Positions 37,241 to 47,771 of a stretch of 64,000 bases of DNA are shown here, piece by piece. The translations under genes were made by a program, and so were the position numbers. The notes under the pieces are model-generated. The model did no database searches, was not told where the DNA came from, and saw nothing but the letters and a program-made list of their open reading frames with translations. Origin of the DNA: Candidatus Lutacidiplasmatales archaeon (lineage in GTDB: Archaea > Thermoplasmatota > Thermoplasmata > Lutacidiplasmatales > UBA184); NCBI GenBank assembly GCA_044451945.1, contig JBIOKR010000002.1, positions 4,411-68,410 of the forward strand, written 5' to 3'. How positions within the stretch are numbered: position 1 is the stretch's first letter; each line of letters opens with the position of its first letter.

Positions 37241-38139
37241 AGGCCGCCGAAACCCCCCACGAAAGAGCCACCGCCTTCGCTCCCGGCACGGCCGTCATCT
37301 CCGCCGAAGGGGTGGAGGTCGGCTACGAGGGCCGGCCCGTCTGGCGGGACGGAAGCTTCCGCATCGAGCCCGGAGAGTTCGTCGCCGTCATCGGCCCGAA
37401 CGGCGCCGGCAAGACCACGCTCTTCCGTCTCCTGCTCGGGCTCAACCGCCCGGCGGCCGGGCGCCTCACGGTGTTCGGCGACGCGCCGCGCCGGGGCAAC
37501 CCCGACATCGGCTATGTCCCCCAGCGGCACTCGATCGACTACGAGACCCACGTGCGGTGCTTCGAGCTGGTCCGGCTGGGATATTCAGGGCATCGTTGGG
37601 GCTTCCCCCTCTCGACCCGGACGGAGCGGGAAGCGGCCTGGAAGGCGCTCCACGCGGTCGGAGCGACAGCGCTCGCCGACCGGCCCCTGAGCGCGCTCTC
37701 CGGAGGCGAGCTCCAGCGCATCTTCCTCGCGGAAGCGCTCGTGAGCGACCCTAGGTTGCTCCTCCTGGACGAGCCGCTTTCGAACCTCGATCTTCGCCGG
37801 GCGGAGGAGCTCGTCGAGCTCGTCAGCGAGGTCGTCCGGTCTCGGGGTGTCGCCGCCCTCCTCGTGGCCCACGACATCAACCCGCTCATCCCGTACCTCG
37901 ACAAGATCATCTACGTAGCGAACGGCCGCGTCGCCGTGGGGCGGCCGAGCGAAGTGCTCACCTCCGAGCGGTTGACCAAGCTCTACGGGGTGCACGTCGA
38001 GGTCCTCAGGGACTCCCGGGGAAACTTCGTCATCGTCGGCGGCGACGGACACACCGAGGGGGAGATCGGGGGTGGTGAGGACCACCACGAAGGGGAGGTC
38101 CAGGGAGGCACCCTCGGGCGAGGGAGGAGGGGTCCATGA
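37237..38139 (+). CDS. Zn/Mn ABC transporter ATP-binding protein
   Basis: GPNGAGKTT, GYVPQ, LSGGE, LLLDEP, His-containing tail. Confidence 0.93.
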   Translation: MKAAETPHERATAFAPGTAVISAEGVEVGYEGRPVWRDGSFRIEPGEFVAVIGPNGAGKTTLFRLLLGLNRPAAGRLTVFGDAPRRGNPDIGYVPQRHSIDYETHVRCFELVRLGYSGHRWGFPLSTRTEREAAWKALHAVGATALADRPLSALSGGELQRIFLAEALVSDPRLLLLDEPLSNLDLRRAEELVELVSEVVRSRGVAALLVAHDINPLIPYLDKIIYVANGRVAVGRPSEVLTSERLTKLYGVHVEVLRDSRGNFVIVGGDGHTEGEIGGGEDHHEGEVQGGTLGRGRRGP

Positions 38140-39038
38140 GCCCGGACTTCAGCTTCGATATCATCGGTGACGTCCTCGAGATGCTCCGCTACCCGTTCAT
38201 GGTGCACGCCTTCGAGGCGGGAGCGCTCATCGCGATCGTCGCGGGGTTCGTCGGCTACCTGGTGGTCCTGCGCCGCTCGTCGTTCGCCGCGCACGCCCTC
38301 GCCCACACCGGCTTTGCCGGAGGGGCCGCGGCGGTGCTCTTCGGGGTGAATCCGGTGTTCGGACTGCTCGCCTTCACCACGGCGAGCGGCTCCGGGATGG
38401 CCGTCCTCGGCCGGAAGGCTTCTTCCCGCGACATGGAGACCGGCACCGTGCTCGCGTTCATGCTGGGGCTCGGTCTCCTCTTTGTCAACCTGTACAAGGG
38501 GGGGAGCGCGAACGAGGTCTACTCGCTCCTCTTCGGGGAGATCCTCGGCATCAGCACCGCCTCGGTCTTGCTCACCTTCGAGGCGTTCCTGGCGATCCTG
38601 GCGATCTCCGCGCTCGTCTACCGCCCCCTCCTGTTCTCCGCGCTCGACGAGGACGTCGCCGAGGCGAAGGGGATGCCGGTCCTCGGGCTCAATCTGGTGT
38701 TCCTGGTCCTCGTGGCGATCGCGGTCTCGATGGCGATCCAGGTGGTCGGGGTCCTCCTGATCTTCTCTCTGATGGTCACGCCGGCGGCCATCGCCATCCG
38801 GGTCTCGAATCGGCCTCTGTTCGCCGTCCTGGTGGGGGTCGTCGTCGCGGTCTCCGCCACCTGGCTCGGCCTGTTCATCGCCTGGTACGAGCCGTACCCG
38901 GTGAGCTTTTTCATCACGACGCTCACCTTCGGCCTGTATCTCCTCGTCCGACTGACCGGCTGGCTCTCTTCGATCTCCCGCCCCCGACCCGCCGACCCCT
39001 CGGAGTCACCCGCCGTGGCGAATTCGAACTCGGCGTGA
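38136..39038 (+). CDS. Zn/Mn ABC transporter permease
   Basis: FAAHALAH, LLFG.IL, D..VA.A.G, VGVLLI..L.VTPAA. Confidence 0.92.
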   Translation: MSPDFSFDIIGDVLEMLRYPFMVHAFEAGALIAIVAGFVGYLVVLRRSSFAAHALAHTGFAGGAAAVLFGVNPVFGLLAFTTASGSGMAVLGRKASSRDMETGTVLAFMLGLGLLFVNLYKGGSANEVYSLLFGEILGISTASVLLTFEAFLAILAISALVYRPLLFSALDEDVAEAKGMPVLGLNLVFLVLVAIAVSMAIQVVGVLLIFSLMVTPAAIAIRVSNRPLFAVLVGVVVAVSATWLGLFIAWYEPYPVSFFITTLTFGLYLLVRLTGWLSSISRPRPADPSESPAVANSNSA

Positions 39039-39150
39039 AGAACCCGAAAAGGCACGTCATCGCTCGGCGGAAATGGCGGGAGAGAGCAGCGGTCTCTGCC
39101 GGCCCGACCGTGCCAGAACCCCTTAACAGGGGTCGCTCGTTGAGGGGCAC

Positions 39151-40260
39151 ATGACGCCGGACGACGGGGAGCCGGCCGCCCTCGCCCGGGCGATGCTGGG
39201 AAACGCGGTCGGCGTGAAACGCGGGGAAAACGTCGTCATCGAAACCTGGAACCACACGCTCCCCTACGCGACCGCCTGCGTCGTCGAGGCCCGCCGCCTG
39301 GGCGCCCACCCGATGTTGCTGCTCGAGGACGAGACGGCGTACTGGCGCAGCATGGACGTCGCGCCGGCGATCGGCAGCTGGAGCAAGGTCGGCGATCATG
39401 AGTGGGCGGCGCTCGCCAAGACGCAGGCCTACGTCTTCTTCTCCGGCCCGGCGGACCGGCCGCGGTTCATGGATCTTCCGGACACCCACAAGGCGCAGCT
39501 CGTCAGCTACGGGAGCGAATGGTCGCGACGCGCCCGCGCGGCCCGCGTGCGCGGCGTCCGCTCGATGCTCGGTGAGGCCTCCGAGCAGCAGGCGACCGCC
39601 TGGGGGGTCTCCGGGCCGACCTGGAGAAGCCAGCTCATCCAGTCGGTGGTCGAAGCCGACATGGCGGCGATCCGTCGGGACGCCGAGCGGACCGAGGCGA
39701 AGCTGCGACGCGGAAAGACGCTCAGGATCACGGCGAGCAATGGGACGGATCTCACCCTGAAGCTCAAGGGAAGGGCGCCGTACGTCGACGACGGCGTCGT
39801 CGGCCCGGACGACCTCAAGGTGGGGCACAACATCACCATCTCGCCGCCCGGCTACGTGGCCGTCGCCGTCGAAGAGCACTCGGCGGAGGGAATGGCGATC
39901 GCGAGCCGGCCGAGCTATCTGAGGAGCGGGAAAGTGGAGGGGGGCCAGTGGGAGCTCCACGAAGGGCACCTCGTGAACTTCTGGTACACAGACGGGCAGG
40001 CCACCTTCGAGGCCGCCTACGGAAAGGTCGGGAAGGGCCGGGACGTACTCTCCCTGTTCGGCATCGGGCTCAACGGGGCGCTCGCTCCCGGGGTCCCCCA
40101 GGCGGAGGACCAGGAGGCCGGGGCCGTCACGCTCGGCATCGGCGGAAACTTGCAGTACGGCGGCGCGAACCGGACCCCGTTCTTCTCGTGGATCGTCATC
40201 GGCGAGGCGACCGTCGCGGTCGACGGAAAGCCGCTCGCCGACCGCGGCAAGATCTTCTGA
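39151..40260 (+). CDS. M29 (aminopeptidase T/AmpS)-like protein with degenerate metal ligands
   Basis: GENVVI, NGTDL, PPG.V, GIGLN, G.V..GIGGN, T..VDG.....G. Confidence 0.7.
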   Translation: MTPDDGEPAALARAMLGNAVGVKRGENVVIETWNHTLPYATACVVEARRLGAHPMLLLEDETAYWRSMDVAPAIGSWSKVGDHEWAALAKTQAYVFFSGPADRPRFMDLPDTHKAQLVSYGSEWSRRARAARVRGVRSMLGEASEQQATAWGVSGPTWRSQLIQSVVEADMAAIRRDAERTEAKLRRGKTLRITASNGTDLTLKLKGRAPYVDDGVVGPDDLKVGHNITISPPGYVAVAVEEHSAEGMAIASRPSYLRSGKVEGGQWELHEGHLVNFWYTDGQATFEAAYGKVGKGRDVLSLFGIGLNGALAPGVPQAEDQEAGAVTLGIGGNLQYGGANRTPFFSWIVIGEATVAVDGKPLADRGKIF

Positions 40261-40859
40261 TGGGCCGACCCCCCCGACCCGCAACGACGGGGCCCGAGGG
40301 AACGCCGGCGGACTGGACGAGGCGCTTTCTCAAGCCTCTACCGGTCCGCTTCTACGACCGCCCCACGGTGGGGGTCGCGCGAGACCTCCTCGGTGTCTAC
40401 CTCCTTCGCAAGGAAGGGAACATGGTCCGGGCGGCCCGGATCGTCGAGACGGAGGCGTATCTCGCCCGAGACCCCGCCAGCCACTCCTTCATCGGGCCGA
40501 CACCGAGGAACCGGTCGATGTTTGGTTCGCCCGGCACGCTCTACGTCTACCGGATCCATCAGTCGCACTGTGCGAACGTGGTGACGCAGCGTGGAGAGGC
40601 GGTGCTCCTGAGGGCTGCCGAGCCGTTGACGAAGGGCCTTACGAGTCTCTCCGGGCCGGGGCGTCTGTGCCGCGGTCTCGGGCTGAGCCGCTCGGAGGAT
40701 GGCGAGAGCCTGACGAGCTCGTCGGTCCGCCTCTGGGGGGGAGGGATACCGGCGGAGAGAATCGTCACCGGACGACGGGTGGGGGTTCGCAAAGCGGTCT
40801 CCCGGCGGCTGCGATTCGCTCTCGCGGGGAACCCGCATGTCTCCCGCCCTCGCCCCTGA
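40260..40859 (+). CDS. mpg: 3-methyladenine DNA glycosylase (AAG/MPG family)
   Basis: VARDLLG, RIVETEAY, DPASHS, PG.LYVY, AVLLRA.EP, GPGRLC, RVGV. Confidence 0.92.
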   Translation: MGRPPRPATTGPEGTPADWTRRFLKPLPVRFYDRPTVGVARDLLGVYLLRKEGNMVRAARIVETEAYLARDPASHSFIGPTPRNRSMFGSPGTLYVYRIHQSHCANVVTQRGEAVLLRAAEPLTKGLTSLSGPGRLCRGLGLSRSEDGESLTSSSVRLWGGGIPAERIVTGRRVGVRKAVSRRLRFALAGNPHVSRPRP

Positions 40860-40931
40860 GCGGGCCGTGAGCGGCGCCCGCGCAGGATGAGAAGGAGCGT
40901 CTCGGCGTTCTGGCGGGGCCCGTGAGGGGGC

Positions 40932-41096
40932 TCAGTACTTCTGCTTCGCCCAGTTGTAGCTACGCCACCGGGCGGTGTCGCCGAAGCCGCACGACGAGCA
41001 CTTGCCGGCCTGGCGGTGATAGGAGTGCTTGCCGCACCGTCGGCAGCGCTGGTGAACGATCTTTCCGCCGCGTTGAGACGCTGTGCCCTTCGTCAT
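40932..41096 (-). CDS. rpl37e: 50S ribosomal protein L37e (below the ORF track cutoff)
   Basis: Manual translation MTKGTASQRGGKIVHQRCRRCGKHSYHRQAGKCSSCGFGDTARWRSYNWAKQKY; follows lsm as in other archaea. Confidence 0.95.
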   Translation of the reverse strand: MTKGTASQRGGKIVHQRCRRCGKHSYHRQAGKCSSCGFGDTARWRSYNWAKQKY

Positions 41097-41115
41097 CCGA
41101 CTTTGCCCTCCAAAC

Positions 41116-41328
41116 CTACGGTGAGATGTAGACGATGCTGTCGCCGCGCAGAAGCGTCACGCCGGCCTTCGGGGTGACCTGGTCGTTGACGACCTCTTCG
41201 GCCCCGGAGAGGACCAGGTTGAGGTGCTGGTCGAAGCCGTCCAGGACCCCCCGGAACGAGTGGCCGCCCCGGAGCTCCACCAAGACTCGCTTGTGGAGGC
41301 TCTGCTGGAGGACGTCGAGGGGCTTCAT
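41116..41328 (-). CDS. Sm-like (Lsm/SmAP) RNA-binding protein
   Basis: KPLDVL..SL.K.VLVEL, G.L.GFDQHLNLVL, LRGDSIVYISP. Confidence 0.95.
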   Translation of the reverse strand: MKPLDVLQQSLHKRVLVELRGGHSFRGVLDGFDQHLNLVLSGAEEVVNDQVTPKAGVTLLRGDSIVYISP

Positions 41329-41423
41329 GAAGGGAACGGCGGGAGACCGGCCTCGCCACATAACAGTTACCGGCGACGGCCGCCGCATCTTCCGAGGAGC
41401 GAGCGGCCCGTGCGCCGGGGTCG

Positions 41424-42128
41424 TCAGGCCATGCCTTTGGCGAGAAGGCCGAGAAGGCGCTCTGCCTCGACCGACCGGCCGCCGACGGTCGGCGGGCGCG
41501 TGCGCACCCGTCGGTCGACCTGCTCGATAAGGCGGTTGAGAGGGGTCGCGGCCGTCAGGACGTGCACCCGCCCGGGCATCGACTCGCGGATCGGGCCCAA
41601 CCAGAGCCGCCGCTCGATCCGTGCCACCGCGGAATGCCTCGCCCTCAGTTGGGGAGGGTGCTTGGCGGGGGCTTCGGCGGCACGGCGGCGGGTGAGGTCA
41701 AGCCCGGCCGATAGGTACACCACGTGTTCCGGAAGCCCCCAGCTCCCTTCGGCGGCGAGGCCGCGCGCCCTGCGAAGGAGCCGATGGAACAGCTCGGGGG
41801 GCACGAGGCGCAGGTAGGCGAGGCCGAAGGTGTAGGTGATCGGGCTCAGAAAACTCGTGTCGGCCACCACCGTCTTGCCCTCTCGAAGCAAGGTCGACGC
41901 CTCGGTGAAGCGCCGGGCCTCCTCATCGAGGAGCCTCGTCTCGACGTCGAACAGCTCGTCGGGCCCGGCCAGCTCCAGGGACGGCCTCGGCTCGAGTCGG
42001 TAGTACGCCTCATCCATGTAGACCGCGTTCACGGCCTGGGCGAGCGCGCGGGAGAGGGTCGTCTTGCCGGCGGCCGATGGACCCTCGAGGGCGACCACCG
42101 TCGCCGGTCGCGGCGTCGCCACGGACAC
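41424..42128 (-). CDS. Thymidylate/deoxynucleoside kinase-like P-loop protein
   Basis: VALEGPSAAGKTT, VVADT, P..VVYL. Confidence 0.7.
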   Translation of the reverse strand: MSVATPRPATVVALEGPSAAGKTTLSRALAQAVNAVYMDEAYYRLEPRPSLELAGPDELFDVETRLLDEEARRFTEASTLLREGKTVVADTSFLSPITYTFGLAYLRLVPPELFHRLLRRARGLAAEGSWGLPEHVVYLSAGLDLTRRRAAEAPAKHPPQLRARHSAVARIERRLWLGPIRESMPGRVHVLTAATPLNRLIEQVDRRVRTRPPTVGGRSVEAERLLGLLAKGMA

Positions 42129-42269
42129 GGCCCGACAATACCGGCCGGGGTAAGACCTCCACTGGAGCGGAGCGGGTAGGTGAACGGCGGGCGCGGCGGG
42201 AGGGAGGGAACGCAGCGAAGGCAGCGAGGACCGCCTTTATGCCGGTCCGGCCATCCGACCCGGGCCCCC

Positions 42270-43562
42270 ATGACCCCCGCGGACGCTCGCGTCGCCGGTT
42301 CCCGAAGGTTCCGCGCCCGCGTGCTCACGGCGACGACCCCGGGAGAGCTCGCGCGCGAGATCGAGCGGACCGACAGCGACCCCGAGGGGGTCGGGATCAT
42401 GACCCGAAAGGGGAAGATCTACCCGATCCGGCTCGAGGACGTTCCACTGAAGGCGGCGCCCCTGCTCAAGCAGGAGCTCCTCTCGGTAGGAGGCGACGCG
42501 GCGCACGCGCGCGGGGTGGCCGACCTATCGGTCGAGAAGAGCCCGGTCGTGCTGCTCGCCACCGCGGGCCAGTATCGGCGTCTCATCCCGAAGCTCAAGC
42601 GTCAACCGTTCCAGCTCTCCCGGATCGCCGAGGCCATCGACGTCGCCTTGCGCGGATTCACTCTCCACAGCGCACGGACGATCCGGGGGGCGCACCGGTC
42701 GTTCGTGGTCGGCGAGCGCACCCTGGTGATGGGCGTCGTCAACGTGACCCCCGACTCGTTCTCCGACGGGGGCCGATTCCTCGCGCCGCGGGACGCCATC
42801 GCGCAGGCTCTCCGGCTCGAGTCGGAAGGCGCAGACCTGCTCGACATCGGCGGCGAATCGACCCGTCCGGGAGCGAAGTCGGTCGACCCCGAGGAGGAGT
42901 GGAGCCGGATCGCCCCCGTCTTTGAGGCTCTCGACGGGAAGGTCCGGGTTCCGCTCTCGGTCGACACCCGGAACTCCTCGGTCGCCCGGCGGGCGGTCTC
43001 GGCGGGAGCGGATTTGATCAACGACGTGAGCGGCCTCCGTGACCCGGCGATGAGGAAGACGGCCGCGGACACGGGCGCCGGCGTGGTGATCATGCACATG
43101 CGGGGAACTCCGGAGACCATGCAGGAGAACACCGAGTACGGGGACGTCCGCCTCGAAGTGTTCTCGGCCCTCCAGGACGCAACGGCGCTCGCCGTCGACG
43201 ACGGCATCACGACCGACCGGATCCTTATCGACCCCGGGCTCGGTTTCGGCAAGTCGTACGAGCAGAACCTCGAGCTGCTCGGTCACTTGGGCGAACTGAG
43301 GAGCCTCGGGTTTCCGGTGCTCGTCGGTGCCTCCCGCAAGTCGTTCCTCGGCAAGGCGCTCGGCGGGGCGGAACTAGGAGAGCGGCTCGAGGCGGGGATC
43401 GCCGCCGCCGTCATGGCGGCGATCCAGGGTGCGAGCGTCGTGCGGAGCCACGAGGTCGCGGCCACCCGGCGTGCCCTCGCCCTGGTCGACGCGGTTCAGC
43501 AGGCTCGTCCGCGCTCGGAGGTTCCGGTGGTGGCCCCCCCACCTCCGGACCCCGAGGATTGA
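42270..43562 (+). CDS. folP: Dihydropteroate synthase with an N-terminal extension
   Basis: VMGVVNVTPDSFSDGG, DIGGESTRPG, SVDT, INDVSG, DPGLGFGK, GASRKSF, RSHEV. Confidence 0.95.
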   Translation: MTPADARVAGSRRFRARVLTATTPGELAREIERTDSDPEGVGIMTRKGKIYPIRLEDVPLKAAPLLKQELLSVGGDAAHARGVADLSVEKSPVVLLATAGQYRRLIPKLKRQPFQLSRIAEAIDVALRGFTLHSARTIRGAHRSFVVGERTLVMGVVNVTPDSFSDGGRFLAPRDAIAQALRLESEGADLLDIGGESTRPGAKSVDPEEEWSRIAPVFEALDGKVRVPLSVDTRNSSVARRAVSAGADLINDVSGLRDPAMRKTAADTGAGVVIMHMRGTPETMQENTEYGDVRLEVFSALQDATALAVDDGITTDRILIDPGLGFGKSYEQNLELLGHLGELRSLGFPVLVGASRKSFLGKALGGAELGERLEAGIAAAVMAAIQGASVVRSHEVAATRRALALVDAVQQARPRSEVPVVAPPPPDPED

Positions 43563-43995
43563 GCGGTGGACGCTGGGGCGGCCGCCCCTCGGAGACGATG
43601 CGGGAGAAGGTCGCCCCGCACCCTCCACCCCGGCAGAGTCCACGCCGAAATCGTCCGGGAGCTTTCCTTCGAACCGGCACCTCCCACCGAGCCGTGCCCG
43701 TGTCGAAACGGTCGGGAAAACATGTCCCGAAGGAGGAGCGGGCCGATGCCGACGAGGTCGTCGTGACCTCATTTCCGGTGGCATGTGCCGGAGAGGCATG
43801 CCATCGACGGACGACGTTCGCGTCGCCCGGGGACGCTCCGTACGAGTCCGGAGCGTTCCTGCGGACGGGTTGGAGGGTGGTGGCGGACGACGGGGCAGAG
43901 CCGGAGCTCGCCGTCCGGTGGGAGGCAGTCCCGGCAACACCCGAGTAAAGGTGCGCTGACGGTGCCCATTTCAAGGGACGGAAAGATGGCCGGCC

Positions 43996-44673
43996 GTGAG
44001 CGAGAGCGTCGTCATCGGGAAGGACGTCTGGAAAGTCTACGGGGCCGGTGAGACGGCCGTTCCAGCGCTCCGGGGGGTCTCGGTCGACATCCACCGGGGC
44101 GAGATGGTCGCGATCATGGGCCCTTCGGGCTGCGGCAAGACCACGCTCCTGAACTGTTTCAGCGGGCTCGACGACATCACCCGGGGGCAGGTGACCCTCG
44201 AGGGGACGGACATCCACGCGATGCCGGACAACCAAAAGAGCGAGTATCGTGCCCGACGGGCGGGGTTCGTCTTCCAATCGTACAATCTCCTGACCATCCT
44301 CACCGCGGCCGAGAACGTCGAGATGCCGCTCTTGGCCTGTGGCTTGAAAGGGGCGGAGGCCCGGGCGAAGTCGGTCGCCATGCTCGAGCAGCTCGGGCTC
44401 GGCGACCGCCTTCACCACCATCCCTCCGAGCTGTCCGGAGGGCAGCAGCAGCGGGTCTCCCTCGCCCGCGCCCTCGTCACCCGACCGGCGATCGTATGGG
44501 CCGATGAACCGACCGGAAACCTCGACAACGAGGGCTCCCGGCAGGTCACCGACCTGCTTCGCCAGCTCAACCGGGAGTTCCAACAGACGATGGTGGTGGT
44601 CACGCACGACTCCGATGTCGCCAAGTCGTGCGACCGGACCCTGAGAATGCGAGATGGGACGTTCGTCGAGTAG
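43996..44673 (+). CDS. LolD/MacB-type ABC transporter ATP-binding protein
   Basis: GPSGCGKTT, GFVFQ, LSGGQQQR, ADEPTGNLD, VTHD. Confidence 0.95.
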   Translation: MSESVVIGKDVWKVYGAGETAVPALRGVSVDIHRGEMVAIMGPSGCGKTTLLNCFSGLDDITRGQVTLEGTDIHAMPDNQKSEYRARRAGFVFQSYNLLTILTAAENVEMPLLACGLKGAEARAKSVAMLEQLGLGDRLHHHPSELSGGQQQRVSLARALVTRPAIVWADEPTGNLDNEGSRQVTDLLRQLNREFQQTMVVVTHDSDVAKSCDRTLRMRDGTFVE

Positions 44674-44688
44674 CGGGGTACTGCATCG

Positions 44689-47628
44689 ATGCCCGACCCG
44701 CTGCTCCTGTTCACCCTCATCGTCCTGGGAGGCGTCGGGCTCGTTTCGGCAGCGCTCGTCGCCCGTTTCCGACTCCCGTTCCGTATCGCGATCCGCAACA
44801 TCCGGCGGGCCCGGACCCGGTCGTTGCTCGTCGTCCTCGGGCTCCTGGTCGGTACCGCGATCATCTCGGGGAGCCTGAGCGTCGGCGACACGGTCAGCGC
44901 CGTCAACCTGCACTACACGAAGCTCGCGTGGGGCTACACTGATGAGGGGATCTTCAGCCTGAGCCCCACCGGAACCTACCAGTACTACCCGGCGTCGATC
45001 GTGAGCCAGGTGGCGAACGCCTCGGCGTCGAACCCCCAGATCGCCGGGATAACGCCCGAGGTCGTCGATACGGTACAGGTCTTCGACCGGGCTACCGGGA
45101 TCCCCCAGACCAACCTGCACCTCGTCGGGGCGGACGTCGGACCGAGCCACGCGCTCGGCTCGTTCACGACGACCGACGGGAGCATTTTGGCAGGGCCGGA
45201 CCCCGGGAAGGTCTTCCTCGACGTGCTGGCGGCGAACGCCCTCAACGCCTCGGCCGGCGACTCCCTCCTCGTTTACGGAGCTCTGCCGGTCCTCGCGAGC
45301 GTGCAGGCGGTCGTCAAGGACGACCTTAGGGGAGCGTTCCTCACGGGGGGGCTCACGGGCGGGACGGTCTTCACCGACCTGGCTACCGCCCAGCGGATCG
45401 AGAACGCCAGCGGGCTCGTGAATTTCGCCGCGGTGACCAACTCGGGCTCCCAGGACCACGGGGTCGGCCTTTCGTCGTCGGTGAGCGCGCAGCTCAACGA
45501 GACGCTCGCGGGGATCCCCGGCGCCTCCCGACTCGGGGCCCATCCGGTCTTCCAGGCTCAGCTCAACGACGCCATCGCCGCCGGCAACGGCCTCGTGACG
45601 ATATTCCTGGTCTTCGGTCTCTTCTCGATGGTCGCCGGGGCGATGCTGATCATCGGGATCTTCACGATGATCGCCGAGGAGCGCAAGGGCGAGATGGGGA
45701 TGCTGCGCGCCATCGGCCTCAAGCGGCGCGACATCGTTCTTTCGTACTACTTCGAAGGACTCGTCTACTCCGCCGGGAGCGCGCTGGCCGGAGTCTTCGT
45801 AGGGGTCGCGACCGGGTACATCCTGCTCTTCGCCTACGTGCAGCTGGTCGGGGCTTCCGAGCCCGGTACCGCCGCCGTGCTCACCTCCTTCACGGTCGCC
45901 AACTCGAGCCTCCTGGTGAGCTACCTCGCCGGATTCCTCCTGACGCTGGGGACCGTGATCGTCGCGAGCGTTCGGGTGAGCCGTCTCAACATCGTCCGCG
46001 CGATCCGGGGAGTCCCCGAGCCGCCTCCCCCGATCCGCACCTACACCTACCTCGCGTATCTGGGCGCGGCCGCGCTCCTCATCGGCCTCATCCTGTTCGC
46101 CACGACCTACCGAGGGACCGGCGACATCTCCGACCCGATGATCGGCGGGGGGCTCCTGATCATCGGCGGGGCGCTCGTTGCCTCGCGCTTCTTCCGCAAT
46201 CGCCCCGTCTTCACGGTCGCGGGGCTCGCCCTGATGGGGTTCGCGGGTTCCGAGGCGCTCCACAGCGTGCTCCTCGGTACCGGACACTCCGGCGGCATCT
46301 TCGTCATCTTCGTGGACGGGATCGAGCTCATCGGCGGGGCGATCCTGGCGTTCGCCTTCAACGCGGCGTCCCTCGCCAACGGCATCGAGCGCGGAGTCTC
46401 GGGCCGGGTGGCGACGGCCCCCGTGGCGAGGATGGGCCTCGCCTACCCGAGCCGCCGGGCCGCCCGGACCGCGATCACCACGACGATCTTCGCGCTCGTC
46501 CTGTTCGTCATCGTCGTGCTCGCCACCTACAGCGCGACCCTGACCGGGAACCTCAACGACTCGATCGGCGACCAGTCCGGGGGCTACACCTTCTTCGGCT
46601 ATTCGACGCAGCCGATCCCCGACCTTCCGGGGACGATCGCGGCGAACTCGACGTTATCGCCGCTCTACTCGGAGGTGGTCCCCCTCGTGCTCGGTATCGG
46701 CCACCTCACGATCCCAGGGTATCCGGCGAAGTTCTTCCGGGACGAGGTCTACTCCGCCCCCACCGGCGGTCCCGCCTCCGCGAACTTCTACGCCACCAAC
46801 GCCTTCTCGTTCCAATCGACCCTGGACGGACGGTCGGCCTCGGCGACGATGGGCATGCTCTCGACCAACGCGAGCGCGGCGATCGTCGACGACTCCTACG
46901 TGGGCGGCGGTTTTTCGACCTCGGGACATCCCCTCCTGACGGTGGGGACCGTCGTGAAGGTCGTGAACCCGGGGACCGGCTCCTCGACGAGCGTCACCGT
47001 CATCGGGGTCCTCAAGACGCTGGTCCTCGGTGGGATCTGGCTCAATCCGACGACCGCGACATCGATGGGGTACAACTCCACGCTCGGCTACCTACTGAAG
47101 ATCCCCGCCGGAATCTCCTCGACGTTCGCCTCCCAGAAGACGAAGGCGGCGTTCTATACGTTCGGTCTCGTCCTCGTCGAGTTCACCGCGATCCTCGCGA
47201 CGACGATCGCGATCATCTCGGGCCAGATCGGCCTCCTCGAGGTGTTCATCGGGCTCGGCCTGGCGGTCGGCATCGCCGCCCTGGGGATCGTCGCCAACCG
47301 CGCGGTCGTCGAACGACGTCGGGAGACGGGGATGCTCCGGGCGACCGGGCTCACCCGGGGGATGATCCTCAAGATGTTCCTGATCGAGTACACCTTCGTC
47401 ACGTTCATGGGAGGGCTCATCGGGGGTGCCACCGGGCTCCTCCTCGTCTACAATCTCGTCATCAGCCCCGGGGCGAGCGCGGCGGACGTCACGAAGCTCT
47501 ACATCCCGTGGGAGAACCTCGGCATCGTCATGCTCGTCACGGGGCTCCTGGCGACCCTCGCCGTGATCAGCCCTTCGCTCAAGGCCTCCCGGCTCCCACC
47601 GGCCGAGGCGATCCGGGCGATGGAGTAG
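44689..47628 (+). CDS. FtsX/MacB-like ABC transporter permease (duplicated domain)
   Basis: Two ER..E.GMLRA.G motifs, large extracellular loops, ASRL.PAEA.R end. Confidence 0.92.
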   Translation: MPDPLLLFTLIVLGGVGLVSAALVARFRLPFRIAIRNIRRARTRSLLVVLGLLVGTAIISGSLSVGDTVSAVNLHYTKLAWGYTDEGIFSLSPTGTYQYYPASIVSQVANASASNPQIAGITPEVVDTVQVFDRATGIPQTNLHLVGADVGPSHALGSFTTTDGSILAGPDPGKVFLDVLAANALNASAGDSLLVYGALPVLASVQAVVKDDLRGAFLTGGLTGGTVFTDLATAQRIENASGLVNFAAVTNSGSQDHGVGLSSSVSAQLNETLAGIPGASRLGAHPVFQAQLNDAIAAGNGLVTIFLVFGLFSMVAGAMLIIGIFTMIAEERKGEMGMLRAIGLKRRDIVLSYYFEGLVYSAGSALAGVFVGVATGYILLFAYVQLVGASEPGTAAVLTSFTVANSSLLVSYLAGFLLTLGTVIVASVRVSRLNIVRAIRGVPEPPPPIRTYTYLAYLGAAALLIGLILFATTYRGTGDISDPMIGGGLLIIGGALVASRFFRNRPVFTVAGLALMGFAGSEALHSVLLGTGHSGGIFVIFVDGIELIGGAILAFAFNAASLANGIERGVSGRVATAPVARMGLAYPSRRAARTAITTTIFALVLFVIVVLATYSATLTGNLNDSIGDQSGGYTFFGYSTQPIPDLPGTIAANSTLSPLYSEVVPLVLGIGHLTIPGYPAKFFRDEVYSAPTGGPASANFYATNAFSFQSTLDGRSASATMGMLSTNASAAIVDDSYVGGGFSTSGHPLLTVGTVVKVVNPGTGSSTSVTVIGVLKTLVLGGIWLNPTTATSMGYNSTLGYLLKIPAGISSTFASQKTKAAFYTFGLVLVEFTAILATTIAIISGQIGLLEVFIGLGLAVGIAALGIVANRAVVERRRETGMLRATGLTRGMILKMFLIEYTFVTFMGGLIGGATGLLLVYNLVISPGASAADVTKLYIPWENLGIVMLVTGLLATLAVISPSLKASRLPPAEAIRAME

Positions 47629-47771
47629 GCTCCCCGATACGCGCGGGCATCGGCATGTCGAGGTCGCCACATCCTGCCTCTCCCAAAGCCCCGAGCATCG
47701 CCTCCCCACGCAAGCAAGAGCCTAGGACGCGAGCGGAATACCGCTAAGAGCCGGGCCGCCTGCGCCTCGGC

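Noticed and set aside
43559..43948. 129-aa ORF containing GAFLRTG twice
   Set aside because: No recognisable domain, and the repeat is short and imperfect at DNA level.
43411..46287. Very long antisense or alternate-frame ORFs (e.g. 958 aa here, also 28571..30811, 28480..30675, 48531..50213)
   Set aside because: These are shadow ORFs expected from high-GC codon bias. They overlap well-supported genes and have Arg/Pro/Gly-rich non-protein-like composition.
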